Source of the DNA: a virus
Virus record (IMG/VR): IMGVR_UViG_3300017971_000250
Span: 1-64,000 of that record
Reading direction: 5' to 3' (one strand)
Length of the DNA: 64,000 bases
Shown here in pieces: positions 19,076 to 27,666 of the stretch. The translations under genes were made by a program, and so were the position numbers. Position 1 is the first letter of the stretch, and every line of letters starts with the position of its first letter. Below the pieces are notes generated by a model. That model did no database searches and was not told where the DNA came from. It saw only the letters and a list, made by a program, of their open reading frames with translations.

Positions 19076-22000
19076 CTACTGGCGCACCTGATCAAACTGG
19101 ATCGGGCAAACTTCGTCGGCAATGCAGATCGCCTCCGCCGCCGTCCAATCCGGCTCCTTCGCGGAATCCACAAGCGCCTGCGAGACTTCGATTTGCCAGC
19201 CGCGCTTGCCGATGCGCGACCACACCTTGGAGAAGTTATCGTGCAGCCATTTCTCATTCGGAACGAGCGCGCGCAACGCGCCCGCCTTCAGGAGCGCCAG
19301 CGCGACGCCACGATGGCAGCGCCGCCGATCGACGCGCTCCGCGAAGTCAACGAAGTCCTGATATGGCTGCGTCTTCACAATCGCGCCGACCGCAGCCGGA
19401 CCGACGCCTTTGATCGTGATCAGGCCCGCAACGATGTCCCGCTTATCGAGCCCCCACGTCCGGCCCGCGAGGTTCACGTCGGGCGGCAGGACGCGCACTC
19501 GCAGTCGTCGCGCCTCGCCCACAAAACGGTTTCGTGCCTCCTCCCCGGGAGTGTGGGTCAGCAGCGCCCACACGAATTCCGTGGGGAAGTAGGTCTTCAA
19601 GTACATCTCCCGGTAGGCGATCAGGCCGTAGGCGGTCGCGTGGCTGTTATGGCTTACGATTCCGTTCGAGAGGGCAAAGAGGTGGGGCGAATCGACTTCG
19701 AGGTCAACCATCGGCCTCGGTCCCAGGGAACGAATCGATACAAGTCGCCGATACAGATAAGGCCCGGCTGCGGATTCCGGATCGCGCTGAGGACCAGATC
19801 GCGACACCACTCCCGCAAATGACCGCCCGTTGTGAAACAATCCAAAGAAATCCGGACCATCGCAAACATCCGCCGGGCCGCCTCCTGATTGAGCATCGCA
19901 TCGCGTTCCAAAACCAGTACCAATCGCTCCTCCCCAAAAATCGGACGAAAGTGATGCAGCCCATCCACCTCGATCCATTCTCCCGGCAAGACGAAATCGA
20001 CCTGTCTCCTTTTCAACCCACATCGCACCTGCGCGTCTCGTCTCGCACCCGGAACTAGATCTGCAATACATTCCTCCAAACGAGACCTTGTACGACGACG
20101 CGACCCGGCCGCCGACATTGCCCGACCTCGCGCAAGAATCGCGGCGATCTTCTCGGGATTCCTGCACCGCCATTCGCGGAGGACTTTCGAACGCCGCTCC
20201 TGAATGTCCGCACGAGCCGAAGTCTTCTTCGCGGTTTCGGATCGAATCCGCTGAAAGCGCTCTCGATACTGATAGCACACCCTCTTCAACGTCTCGGACC
20301 GAATCCGACGACGCACCCCAGGAAACTTCGAGCAAGTCCGAGAATGATTCCATTTCTCCGCTCTGGTTCGAAAAACGAGATCGCAGCACGTCGCCCGCCA
20401 TCCCCCGGGACGTGCTCGGAATGGCCGCCCACGCAACCGCCGCTTTGAAATCAACGACCTGCCGAAGCGACAGGATTCCCTTGTTTGTGAGGAACCGATG
20501 CCCGATCGAACACGTGACTTTCGAACCATCATCGAAGGTTGCCTCCAGTGCCTCAACAAACCCATGGTCATGAACCGCACGAACCGACGCCGGGCGTGCC
20601 CCCCGAGGCCCGCAGACATAGACAAGATCCCCTTGCCGGATTTCGCCCGCAGGTTTCTCTCCATCTGCAGTAGCAACACCCTGTGCGATGTCAACCGATT
20701 TATTGAAGATGTAAGCTCCCGCGTGCATCATCGCCTCGGCCAGGCCCTCCGCCTCCCGCTTCTGCATCCCGCGCGATATCGCGCCATCGACGAATGGCCG
20801 GAGCGCCTTCTTGACCGCCGCCTTGCCGTGCTTCTTACCGACCATCTTGCGGACCTTGTCGGCGTCCTCCGGGGTGTAACCACCTAGCTCGCGCAGCAAT
20901 CGGATCATGTGTTCCTGGTAGATAATCGCGCCCCGGCTCTCACGGCAGATCGATGCCACTATCGGATGCGTCCCCTTTGCCGCCCGGACGCCGATTCGTT
21001 TTCGCTTCCGATAGGTGTCCGAAAGACCGCTGTGCGACACGCCGGGTCGCCCGAGCGCGTTCAGGATAGCGACCTCCTCGAAGCTCTCGAACTTGAGCCC
21101 CTCGCAGAGCCGGTGCGCGAGCGGAGTGTCTAGCTGAAAAATCCCCGCGAGGTTGCGCCGCGTGAACCCCACCAGCACCTTCGGATCGTTCAGACTGATC
21201 GCAGTCAGGTCGGGCGCTCGCTTGCCTCGCCGCTCGATCGCCTCCAGGGCGTCACGGATCACCTTCAGGTTGTGGAGCCCGAGGATGTCCAGCTTGACGA
21301 GCCCGAGCGCCTCGACGCCGTGCATATCGAGCGCCGTGACCGGGACGCGCTCGCCGTTGCTCTCGCGCGACTCCAGGGGGCAAACGTCGACGATCGGCTC
21401 GGGGGAGATCACGACGCCCGCAGGATGAACCGTGAGCGCCTTCGTCGAACCCTCCAGCTTCAGCGCCGTCTCGACGACGGGCGGATACTTCTGTGCGAAC
21501 TTCCTGCAAGCCGCCTCATTCTCAAACGGCCCCTTGAGCCCGCCCTCGTCTATCTCGGTCTGCGTGATGTACTTCTCCGGGATGAGCGGGATCAATTCCT
21601 CGATCTCCCGAATCGGAACCTGGAAAACGCGCCCGACGTCTTTCAGGCACTGCCGCCCGCGCATCGTCGAGCGCGCCGAGATGCGAGCGAAGTGATCGGC
21701 CCCGTAGACCGCCTGCAGATGCGCCAGCACCTCGTCGCGCTGGTCGCTGGCAAAATCACAGTCGATGTCCGGCAGATCGCTGTTTGAAACAAGAATGCCA
21801 CCAGCGAAGTATTCATGCTGGCCCTCTACCGAGAGGTCATAGACGGGACCGGAGAGAACGATTCGTCTGATGCTCGTGATCGTCGCTCGCGCCAGCGAGC
21901 CCATCGCAGCTTGTTCGCGCAACTCAGCGAGCAACATTCCTGACTCCTGGTCACGGGGGCGCGGAACATCGCTCCACACCACACACATGCACGATCGATC

Positions 22001-24274
22001 ATCTTGAACCCGGCATATTTGATGCGTCTGGACGTTTCCACAAGGACATCCGTCAATCCCGCCCCCCTGATACTCCTGACAAAATCGTCCTGATAGAGCA
22101 CCCGTAGGCGATCGCCAAGAAGCCGCTTCGCCAAGATCAGCTTGCGTCCATCCTGACCACGCCATCCCTTCAATTCGTAGAAGAGATCCTCCTGTGGGAG
22201 ATAGAAGTCGGGGCAATACGTCGTCCCGTCTGCCAACCGAAACCGCTCCGCCTCGTATCGGTAGTCCATGCCCATCCGGCGCAACAAACGCGCGAAGTCC
22301 GCCTCCAGCCCTGAACGCACGAAATGGCCCAGGTCGGGACGGTATCCGGCCCGCCCCCGCGAATGCGTTCTTGTTCCTTGCAAAGCCCGCCCACACTTCC
22401 GGGAGCACGCCTTCTGCCGCTTCCCGCCCTTGAATTCCATTCCACAAACACAACACTGTCGATGGTGACTCCGAACAACCGCAAGGTAACGACATCGCTC
22501 GCTGCAATAGATTTGATTCCCAGTCCTGCGACGAAATACTCGGTCGCACCAAGGACATTCCGTTTCGCTCCCCACCTTCACCCACACGGGAGGACGGCTG
22601 CGTTTCGCCGGAGGAATCATCATCGAACGGGTATGGCATCTCCGACTGCAATACTTTCTCTTCTGCGACGGATAGGCCCTGATTGCCATCCCGCAAACAG
22701 GACAGTAGCTCGTCACCAACTTCGAGCTTACAGGCCGCCGCCTTCTCGTACCCTTCTTTGCGCCTGCCTCGCCTGAAGATTCTGTGCCCATAAGTACAGC
22801 GTACTAGAAAAGGCTTTCCGTCGCTAGTCGTTCCTTCGATTTTCACCCCCGGCTCTTTGCCCCACCGCGCATGGCGTGCCAGAACCCGCCGCAAGCCCAT
22901 CCGCGTCCAAACCATCATCCCCGGCCGGACGTCATGGATCGGAAGTGCCCCCACAGAAGTCGACACCAGCGTCTCCCCGGGAAAACACCGCCCGGGAGCG
23001 AGGAAGCGCTCGAACATGAGCCCGTGCCGGATCGGATCGATCTGCGTGATCCCGAGCAGGTAGGCGACCAGGCTGCCACCAACCGAACCGCGCCCCGGCC
23101 CGACCATGATCCCTTCCTGCTTCGCCCAGTCGTAAAGCTCTTTGACCGCGAGGAAGTAGTCGACGACGCCACGCTCTTCGATTGTCGCTAGCTCGTGATT
23201 GAGACGGGTCTCGTATTTGTCGTCCGCCCCATGAAGCAATCCACCGTTCGAGAGATACGCCAGCGCCAACAGGCAGCTTTCCTGTAGATAATCGGCGTGC
23301 GTATGGCCGACCAAGACCTTGATCGGCGGCACGACGGGATCCCGGCGCGGTAGCTCGCTCAGCGCCGCGCACCGTTCGGAGACCTCCCTCGTGCGCAGGA
23401 CAGCCCCGTCCGTAAAGGTCGCCCGCAGCCGGGGATGATTCGCCCTGAACGCCCGGACCATTTCGTCCTGGCTTCGCAGATGATACTCGCGCGTCTTGAG
23501 CCGGAACCTGGTCGGGCTCAGTAGGACGCCATGGGTATGAATCGCAAGCAGCGCTTCCTGGTAACGCCAGTCGTCCGCGTCAGGATAATGCGCGTCCTGT
23601 GTGGCGACCGCAGGAATGCCGAGCGCCTCGCCGATCTCGTAGAGCGCCTCGTTGGCGACCCGTAACTCGTCCAGGTCGTGCGGCATGATTTCCAGATAGA
23701 AGCGGTCGCCGAGCCGCTCCTGGAATTCCTCCGCGAGCGCGATCGCGTCCGAAGTCCGTCCCTGGTTCACCGCCAGCGAAACCGGCCCGACCATGCAACC
23801 GCTCAGAACGATCAGGCCCTCGGAGTGTTTCCAGAACGTCGGCAGGTCCACGCACGGCCGCCAGTGAAATCCCTCCAGCCAGGCGATCGAAGTTAGCCGG
23901 TAGAGATTGCGGAGCCCGGTTTCGTTCATGGCCAGGAGCGTCAGGTGCTGTCTGGTGAGTCCGCGCCGCTCCTCTTCAGCCTTCAGGATTTCGCGCCGCC
24001 TCCGGTACGGGGTCCCTTTGGTGATCTCTTTGATCTCTTCCTTCGAGAACCCGCGCCACGCCATGTCCTCGATCACATAAAGCTCGACGCCGAAGATCGG
24101 CCGGATGCCGAGACGCTGCGCCGCCTTGTCGAAGTCGTGAATCCCGCGCAGCGTGCCGTGCTCCGTAGTCGCGATCGCGTCGTGACGCATTTCGAGCGCC
24201 CGCTTGATGAACGCGGCAGGCTTCCTGAAACCGTCGAATCCCGTGTGATCGGTGTGAACGTGAAGATGAATCAT
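19076..24274 (-). CDS. dnaE: DNA polymerase III alpha subunit (PHP + Pol) with two inteins
   Basis: HLHVHT PHP start (ATGA-coupled at 24274), GPGRGS, FERFL, PDIDCD, HPAGVVI, KLDILG, YQE, FNK|SHA, PPDVN, IKGVG. Confidence 0.96.
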   Translation of the reverse strand: MIHLHVHTDHTGFDGFRKPAAFIKRALEMRHDAIATTEHGTLRGIHDFDKAAQRLGIRPIFGVELYVIEDMAWRGFSKEEIKEITKGTPYRRRREILKAEEERRGLTRQHLTLLAMNETGLRNLYRLTSIAWLEGFHWRPCVDLPTFWKHSEGLIVLSGCMVGPVSLAVNQGRTSDAIALAEEFQERLGDRFYLEIMPHDLDELRVANEALYEIGEALGIPAVATQDAHYPDADDWRYQEALLAIHTHGVLLSPTRFRLKTREYHLRSQDEMVRAFRANHPRLRATFTDGAVLRTREVSERCAALSELPRRDPVVPPIKVLVGHTHADYLQESCLLALAYLSNGGLLHGADDKYETRLNHELATIEERGVVDYFLAVKELYDWAKQEGIMVGPGRGSVGGSLVAYLLGITQIDPIRHGLMFERFLAPGRCFPGETLVSTSVGALPIHDVRPGMMVWTRMGLRRVLARHARWGKEPGVKIEGTTSDGKPFLVRCTYGHRIFRRGRRKEGYEKAAACKLEVGDELLSCLRDGNQGLSVAEEKVLQSEMPYPFDDDSSGETQPSSRVGEGGERNGMSLVRPSISSQDWESNLLQRAMSLPCGCSESPSTVLCLWNGIQGREAAEGVLPEVWAGFARNKNAFAGAGRIPSRPGPFRAFRAGGGLRAFVAPDGHGLPIRGGAVSVGRRDDVLPRLLSPTGGSLLRIEGMAWSGWTQADLGEAASWRSPTGALSGRFCQEYQGGGIDGCPCGNVQTHQICRVQDDRSCMCVVWSDVPRPRDQESGMLLAELREQAAMGSLARATITSIRRIVLSGPVYDLSVEGQHEYFAGGILVSNSDLPDIDCDFASDQRDEVLAHLQAVYGADHFARISARSTMRGRQCLKDVGRVFQVPIREIEELIPLIPEKYITQTEIDEGGLKGPFENEAACRKFAQKYPPVVETALKLEGSTKALTVHPAGVVISPEPIVDVCPLESRESNGERVPVTALDMHGVEALGLVKLDILGLHNLKVIRDALEAIERRGKRAPDLTAISLNDPKVLVGFTRRNLAGIFQLDTPLAHRLCEGLKFESFEEVAILNALGRPGVSHSGLSDTYRKRKRIGVRAAKGTHPIVASICRESRGAIIYQEHMIRLLRELGGYTPEDADKVRKMVGKKHGKAAVKKALRPFVDGAISRGMQKREAEGLAEAMMHAGAYIFNKSVDIAQGVATADGEKPAGEIRQGDLVYVCGPRGARPASVRAVHDHGFVEALEATFDDGSKVTCSIGHRFLTNKGILSLRQVVDFKAAVAWAAIPSTSRGMAGDVLRSRFSNQSGEMESFSDLLEVSWGASSDSVRDVEEGVLSVSRALSADSIRNREEDFGSCGHSGAAFESPPRMAVQESREDRRDSCARSGNVGGRVASSYKVSFGGMYCRSSSGCETRRAGAMWVEKETGRFRLAGRMDRGGWAASLSSDFWGGAIGTGFGTRCDAQSGGGPADVCDGPDFFGLFHNGRSFAGVVSRSGPQRDPESAAGPYLYRRLVSIRSLGPRPMVDLEVDSPHLFALSNGIVSHNSHATAYGLIAYREMYLKTYFPTEFVWALLTHTPGEEARNRFVGEARRLRVRVLPPDVNLAGRTWGLDKRDIVAGLITIKGVGPAAVGAIVKTQPYQDFVDFAERVDRRRCHRGVALALLKAGALRALVPNEKWLHDNFSKVWSRIGKRGWQIEVSQALVDSAKEPDWTAAEAICIADEVCPIQFDQVRQ
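19646..20698 (-). mobile_element. DnaE intein 2 (351 aa), inserted at YIFNK|SHATAY
   Basis: Starts with Ser (SVDIAQGV); block B TCSIGHRFLT; ends MVDLEVDSPHLFALSNGIVSHN followed by Ser. Confidence 0.92.
19654..20532 (-). CDS. Vsr/DUF559-like endonuclease in the +1 frame inside intein 2
   Basis: SRLE...QVDFVLPGEWIEVDGLHHF...RDAMLN...MVRI. GGAGG (20542-20546) lies 9 nt before ATG 20532. The frame is open from 20694. Confidence 0.83.
   Translation of the reverse strand: MMVRKSRVRSGIGSSQTRESCRFGRSLISKRRLRGRPFRARPGGWRATCCDLVFRTRAEKWNHSRTCSKFPGVRRRIRSETLKRVCYQYRERFQRIRSETAKKTSARADIQERRSKVLREWRCRNPEKIAAILARGRAMSAAGSRRRTRSRLEECIADLVPGARRDAQVRCGLKRRQVDFVLPGEWIEVDGLHHFRPIFGEERLVLVLERDAMLNQEAARRMFAMVRISLDCFTTGGHLREWCRDLVLSAIRNPQPGLICIGDLYRFVPWDRGRWLTSKSIRPTSLPSRTES
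21782..22987 (-). mobile_element. DnaE intein 1 (402 aa), inserted at FLAPGR|SDLPDID
   Basis: Starts CFPGETLV; block B CTYGHRIF; LEVGD; ends VYDLSVEGQHEYFAGGILVSN followed by Ser. Removing it restores the DnaE catalytic region. Confidence 0.93.
21826..22791 (-). CDS. Zn-finger + PD-(D/E)XK endonuclease in the +1 frame inside intein 1
   Basis: Four CxxC...CSxxC modules; RSGLEADFARLL...YRYE...YCPDFYL...FYELKG. Offset (24274-22791) mod 3 = 1. Start uncertain: ATG 22791, TTG 22719 or GTG 22716. Confidence 0.85.
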   Translation of the reverse strand: MGTESSGEAGAKKGTRRRRPVSSKLVTSYCPVCGMAIRAYPSQKRKYCSRRCHTRSMMIPPAKRSRPPVWVKVGSETECPWCDRVFRRRTGNQIYCSERCRYLAVVRSHHRQCCVCGMEFKGGKRQKACSRKCGRALQGTRTHSRGRAGYRPDLGHFVRSGLEADFARLLRRMGMDYRYEAERFRLADGTTYCPDFYLPQEDLFYELKGWRGQDGRKLILAKRLLGDRLRVLYQDDFVRSIRGAGLTDVLVETSRRIKYAGFKMIDRACVWCGAMFRAPVTRSQECCSLSCANKLRWARWRERRSRASDESFSPVPSMTSR

Positions 24275-24798
24275 GGCGTCTGTGTTCCTATGTGACCGAG
24301 AGGCACCACGCGCATCTTGAGCTTGCCGCTCGGAGATCGCGGGGCGGTGTGGTTCAACCACGCCTCGACGATATCGCGTAGCTCGGCGGGAAAGGTCTCG
24401 GTCAGCATCCACTCCAGATAGCCGCGCCCTTCCTGTGGATCACTCGCTAGCTCTGAAACGCTGTGCCCCGCATGGCGACCGAATTGGAGAATCGCATCAG
24501 TCGGCACACCCCCGAGCGTCGACGGCACAATCGCATAGTTTGCCCGGGGACGCTGCTTCCCGCGCGATCCGGGAACCTTACTCTCTCTCATCGCTGAAAG
24601 GTCCACGGCGCGATTCGGTGTCTTCACAACCCGGTCACCTTCCTGCCCGCCCATCCCCTCGATCAGATCCTTGAGTTGGGCTTCCGAATCCTTCTCGTCC
24701 GCCGTTGCTCCTGGAACCGCGTCGTCGCCGCCTTCGTCCTTCTTCTTGGGGAGGAACTTGCGGCGCATCTCGTCGAGTGATTTGCCTTCAGCGCTCAT
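24271..24798 (-). CDS. hypothetical protein with C-terminal FG(K/R)H..G...YLxW (DUF3820/ExoX C-terminal-like) motif
   Basis: LQFGRHAGHSVSELA...GYLEWML; start MSAEGKSLDEMRRKFLPK. Confidence 0.65.
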   Translation of the reverse strand: MSAEGKSLDEMRRKFLPKKKDEGGDDAVPGATADEKDSEAQLKDLIEGMGGQEGDRVVKTPNRAVDLSAMRESKVPGSRGKQRPRANYAIVPSTLGGVPTDAILQFGRHAGHSVSELASDPQEGRGYLEWMLTETFPAELRDIVEAWLNHTAPRSPSGKLKMRVVPLGHIGTQTP

Positions 24799-24799
24799 C

Positions 24800-25624
24800 T
24801 CACCAAGCCCTCCTGATTGCTTTCCCGACGCCCGCGAGCCACTTCCACTGCTTGACCGTTGCGACGTCCAATTCCGATGCCGGGGGCGGGGCCTCGGATG
24901 GGAGTCCTTTGATCTTGGCGGCATCGACCTTGAGCGGGGGGAGGTTATTGAAGGCACCAGCGTGCAGCGCGCCCTGAAGTGCGCGGGCGGCCTTTCCCCG
25001 TAAATGCTTCTCAAAACTATCCTTCTCTCCCTGCGCGACCCATCGGTCCTCGATCGCCTTCTCCGCCAGCATCGCAGACGCGACGCCGATCAGGTATTCG
25101 AAGAGGCCCTCCAACGTACCGGCCGCCGCCCCCACGAGCGAAGACTCGTCGATCTTGATGAAGCCCGCGAGGTCCGGCTTGCCGCGTCCGCTGAGCCCAA
25201 ACCGAAACGAATAACAATCCTCCATCGGGATCCGCTCGACCTGGACCGTCATGTTCATCGCGTGGCCGGGACCGCCGTCCCATTGATTCCTCGTCTTCGG
25301 GAACATCCCCTCGACTGACGTGCCGATCTGGCCCGCCGCACTGGCGACCGCCTTGATCGCTTCGGCAGCCTGCTGGACCGTCGCTCCCGACTGAGCAGCC
25401 AACTGTGCCGCTTGCCGCACACGCTCTTCTAGCTTCTGCCGCTTCCTCTCCTCCGCGCGCGCCGAACGTAGCTCTCTCGCCTTCGCGCGTTCCTCGCGCA
25501 GCTTGCGGCCCTGCTCCTCGCGCACCTTGCGCGCGGCTTCCTCGGCGACCTTCTCGGCAGCGATCTCCTCCTCCGTCTTCGGGAGGAACTGTCGCCGCAT
25601 TTCCTCGATCGTCTTTCCCATCAC
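24800..25624 (-). CDS. hypothetical coiled-coil protein
   Basis: 274-aa ORF, coupled to neighbours. Confidence 0.7.
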   Translation of the reverse strand: MMGKTIEEMRRQFLPKTEEEIAAEKVAEEAARKVREEQGRKLREERAKARELRSARAEERKRQKLEERVRQAAQLAAQSGATVQQAAEAIKAVASAAGQIGTSVEGMFPKTRNQWDGGPGHAMNMTVQVERIPMEDCYSFRFGLSGRGKPDLAGFIKIDESSLVGAAAGTLEGLFEYLIGVASAMLAEKAIEDRWVAQGEKDSFEKHLRGKAARALQGALHAGAFNNLPPLKVDAAKIKGLPSEAPPPASELDVATVKQWKWLAGVGKAIRRAW

Positions 25625-27039
25625 TCCTCGGGGAGACCGATATGCAAGTCGAGCGCCGCGCCCGCGATCCGCTCCGTGACAAACTTGACCGCGTCGCGGT
25701 CGACCATCTGGAGGATGCTTCTGAACGCGCCGTGCTTGCGGGGCTTCACGAACTGCTCCAGCTTGCCCTTGTAGACCACGTGGTCAGGACCGAAGGGCAA
25801 CTGGACGTGTATCGCTCCCAGGTTCCGCTTCGGCCAGAGCCGGATGAACGAGACCTCTTTCCCGTCGACGACGCGGTAGCCGGTCAAGAACCCGCCCTTC
25901 TCCGCTACCGTCAGGAAGCACTCGCCCTCGTTCGGCTGATCGGGATCGTCGGCGGGGAGAATCCCTAGCTCCTCCAGCAGCGCGACCCAAAAGTCCTCGG
26001 CTAGCGTCTGGACCTCCTCGGCCGTGATCTGCGTCTTCGGCGGGGGAGGAGGCTCGCGCTTGGCCTTGAGAGCCGTTTTCGCGGGCTCTCCCGGCCCCGG
26101 GACCGCCTTCCGGTCCAACCGGCCGCCCGGCTTCCCCTTCACCGGCCTCGGGGGCTCCTGCGGCTTCGCCGGTTCCCCGGCCCCCGGAGGCCCCTCCACC
26201 ATGCCCGCAGGCGCGTGCGCCTCGGCCCCCTTCCCGGCCGACGCCTTCAGGCTCGGCGGGGGCTCGTAGGGACCGAACCGATCCAGTAGCTCCCCGGTCA
26301 GCTTCACGATCGCCGCGTGGTCGAGCGGGGTGCCGTCGGGCTTGCTCGTCGCCTCCTCGATCGGCTTCCCCTGCGTCCGGCAGAAATCCTGGAGCGCCAT
26401 GCAGCGCTCGCGCCAGGTGCAAGGCGGATCCAGCTTCCCGCGCTTCGGATCATAGGAGCCGTCACAGACCCGCTCCTCGACGTGATACCCGACGCACCCA
26501 GGATGCGCAGGCTGCGCCTTTACCTTCGGCTTCGGAGCCGTAACCGACTTCGCACCCGGGGTGCCCGGCCCGGGGACGCCTTCCTCTTCGACCGGCTCCT
26601 CCTCGACGATGTCGTCGTCATAGTCGTCGGCTTCGATTTCCTCCAGGTCGTCCTCCTCCATCGCCTCGACCGCCTCTTCGAATTTCATCAGGTCGGGATC
26701 GTCGTGCTCGCCGCGTTCGGCAGCCGCCGTCGCCGCGAGCTTCCTGTACCACGCGACCGCGTCGCTGAGGCTGCCAGAATCGGCACCACTGATTTCGCCC
26801 GTATCGATGTCGAGATCCCCGACCGCAACGACCGTCGCGTGCTGCCCGGCCTTCTTGTTCGACAGAAACAGGACGTGCCCCCACGGATACATTTCGATCT
26901 TGCGCGTCCAATCTTCGGTCTCAAAGCTCGCCATGGGCTCCTGCGCGAAGCCGTCAACCGGACGCGGATCCAGCTTGTGCTGCCGCATCACCTTCGAGAC
27001 GAATGCCGTGTCCCAAAACTTCCCACTGACTTCAATCAT
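25621..27039 (-). CDS. multi-domain hypothetical protein with acidic/Pro-rich linkers and a Cys motif
   Basis: GGAGG SD; PGCVGYH...CDG...PCTWRERC. Confidence 0.7.
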   Translation of the reverse strand: MIEVSGKFWDTAFVSKVMRQHKLDPRPVDGFAQEPMASFETEDWTRKIEMYPWGHVLFLSNKKAGQHATVVAVGDLDIDTGEISGADSGSLSDAVAWYRKLAATAAAERGEHDDPDLMKFEEAVEAMEEDDLEEIEADDYDDDIVEEEPVEEEGVPGPGTPGAKSVTAPKPKVKAQPAHPGCVGYHVEERVCDGSYDPKRGKLDPPCTWRERCMALQDFCRTQGKPIEEATSKPDGTPLDHAAIVKLTGELLDRFGPYEPPPSLKASAGKGAEAHAPAGMVEGPPGAGEPAKPQEPPRPVKGKPGGRLDRKAVPGPGEPAKTALKAKREPPPPPKTQITAEEVQTLAEDFWVALLEELGILPADDPDQPNEGECFLTVAEKGGFLTGYRVVDGKEVSFIRLWPKRNLGAIHVQLPFGPDHVVYKGKLEQFVKPRKHGAFRSILQMVDRDAVKFVTERIAGAALDLHIGLPEE

Positions 27040-27664
27040 CGGTTCCTCCTGACGTCCTGACGTCCAACGTCACCGCCGCGAGCCCTCGACTACGCGATAA
27101 ACTGCGGCGGACCTGATCGATCGTGAGCCCGGTGAAGAGCGCGATTGCCTCCCTGCTCACCCGCCTGCGGACCCGCGCGAGTAGGTTCCGATCCAAGACT
27201 ACCAGCTCGGGCGGCGGGGCGATGCGTAGATACAACACGCCACGGTCGCATGGCGATAGCTCCTTCCAGAAGCCCCGCTGCCGCTCGCGCCACTGAATGA
27301 AGTCACTCCATGCCCACGCACGCGGTTGGCGCGGGGCCGCTATCGGTAGCTGCAGCCCGTTCAGGCTGACCAGTCGTCTGCGCTCGTTGCGCACCGCGAC
27401 CACACGATCCCGGAGGTAGCAACGAACCATCGCCGCTATCAGACCATCGATGGTTTTGACGTTCGGCCTGTTGCGGTATTCCTGGATCGCGTAGAGCGCC
27501 AGCATAGCTCCCTCGCTCTCCATGTCGCTCCGCTCCAGATACGGGTCGTCACCGTAGCGCCGCACCTGGCTCCGAACGATCCGCAACCATCGCTCCGGTG
27601 CCTCTTCAAAGATCCGCACCGCGTCGGGTTTCGGGGTCCAGCCCTCCGGGATCGCGCGTCGCAT
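27032..27664 (-). CDS. sigma-70-like transcription factor
   Basis: Region-2-like DMESEGAMLALYAIQEY...VRCYLRD and a C-terminal HTH SREAIALFTGLTIDQV. Confidence 0.6.
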   Translation of the reverse strand: MRRAIPEGWTPKPDAVRIFEEAPERWLRIVRSQVRRYGDDPYLERSDMESEGAMLALYAIQEYRNRPNVKTIDGLIAAMVRCYLRDRVVAVRNERRRLVSLNGLQLPIAAPRQPRAWAWSDFIQWRERQRGFWKELSPCDRGVLYLRIAPPPELVVLDRNLLARVRRRVSREAIALFTGLTIDQVRRSLSRSRGLAAVTLDVRTSGGTDD

Positions 27665-27666
27665 TT

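Noticed and set aside
19654-22791. Assembly frameshifts as the cause of the out-of-frame nucleases
   Set aside because: The DnaE frame is stop-free across both inteins and both offsets are +1. Errors would be expected to expose stops. Read mapping is still advisable.
24275-24412. N-terminal extension of DnaE in the ORF track
   Set aside because: It overlaps the upstream gene; the PHP motif and ATGA coupling place the start at 24274.
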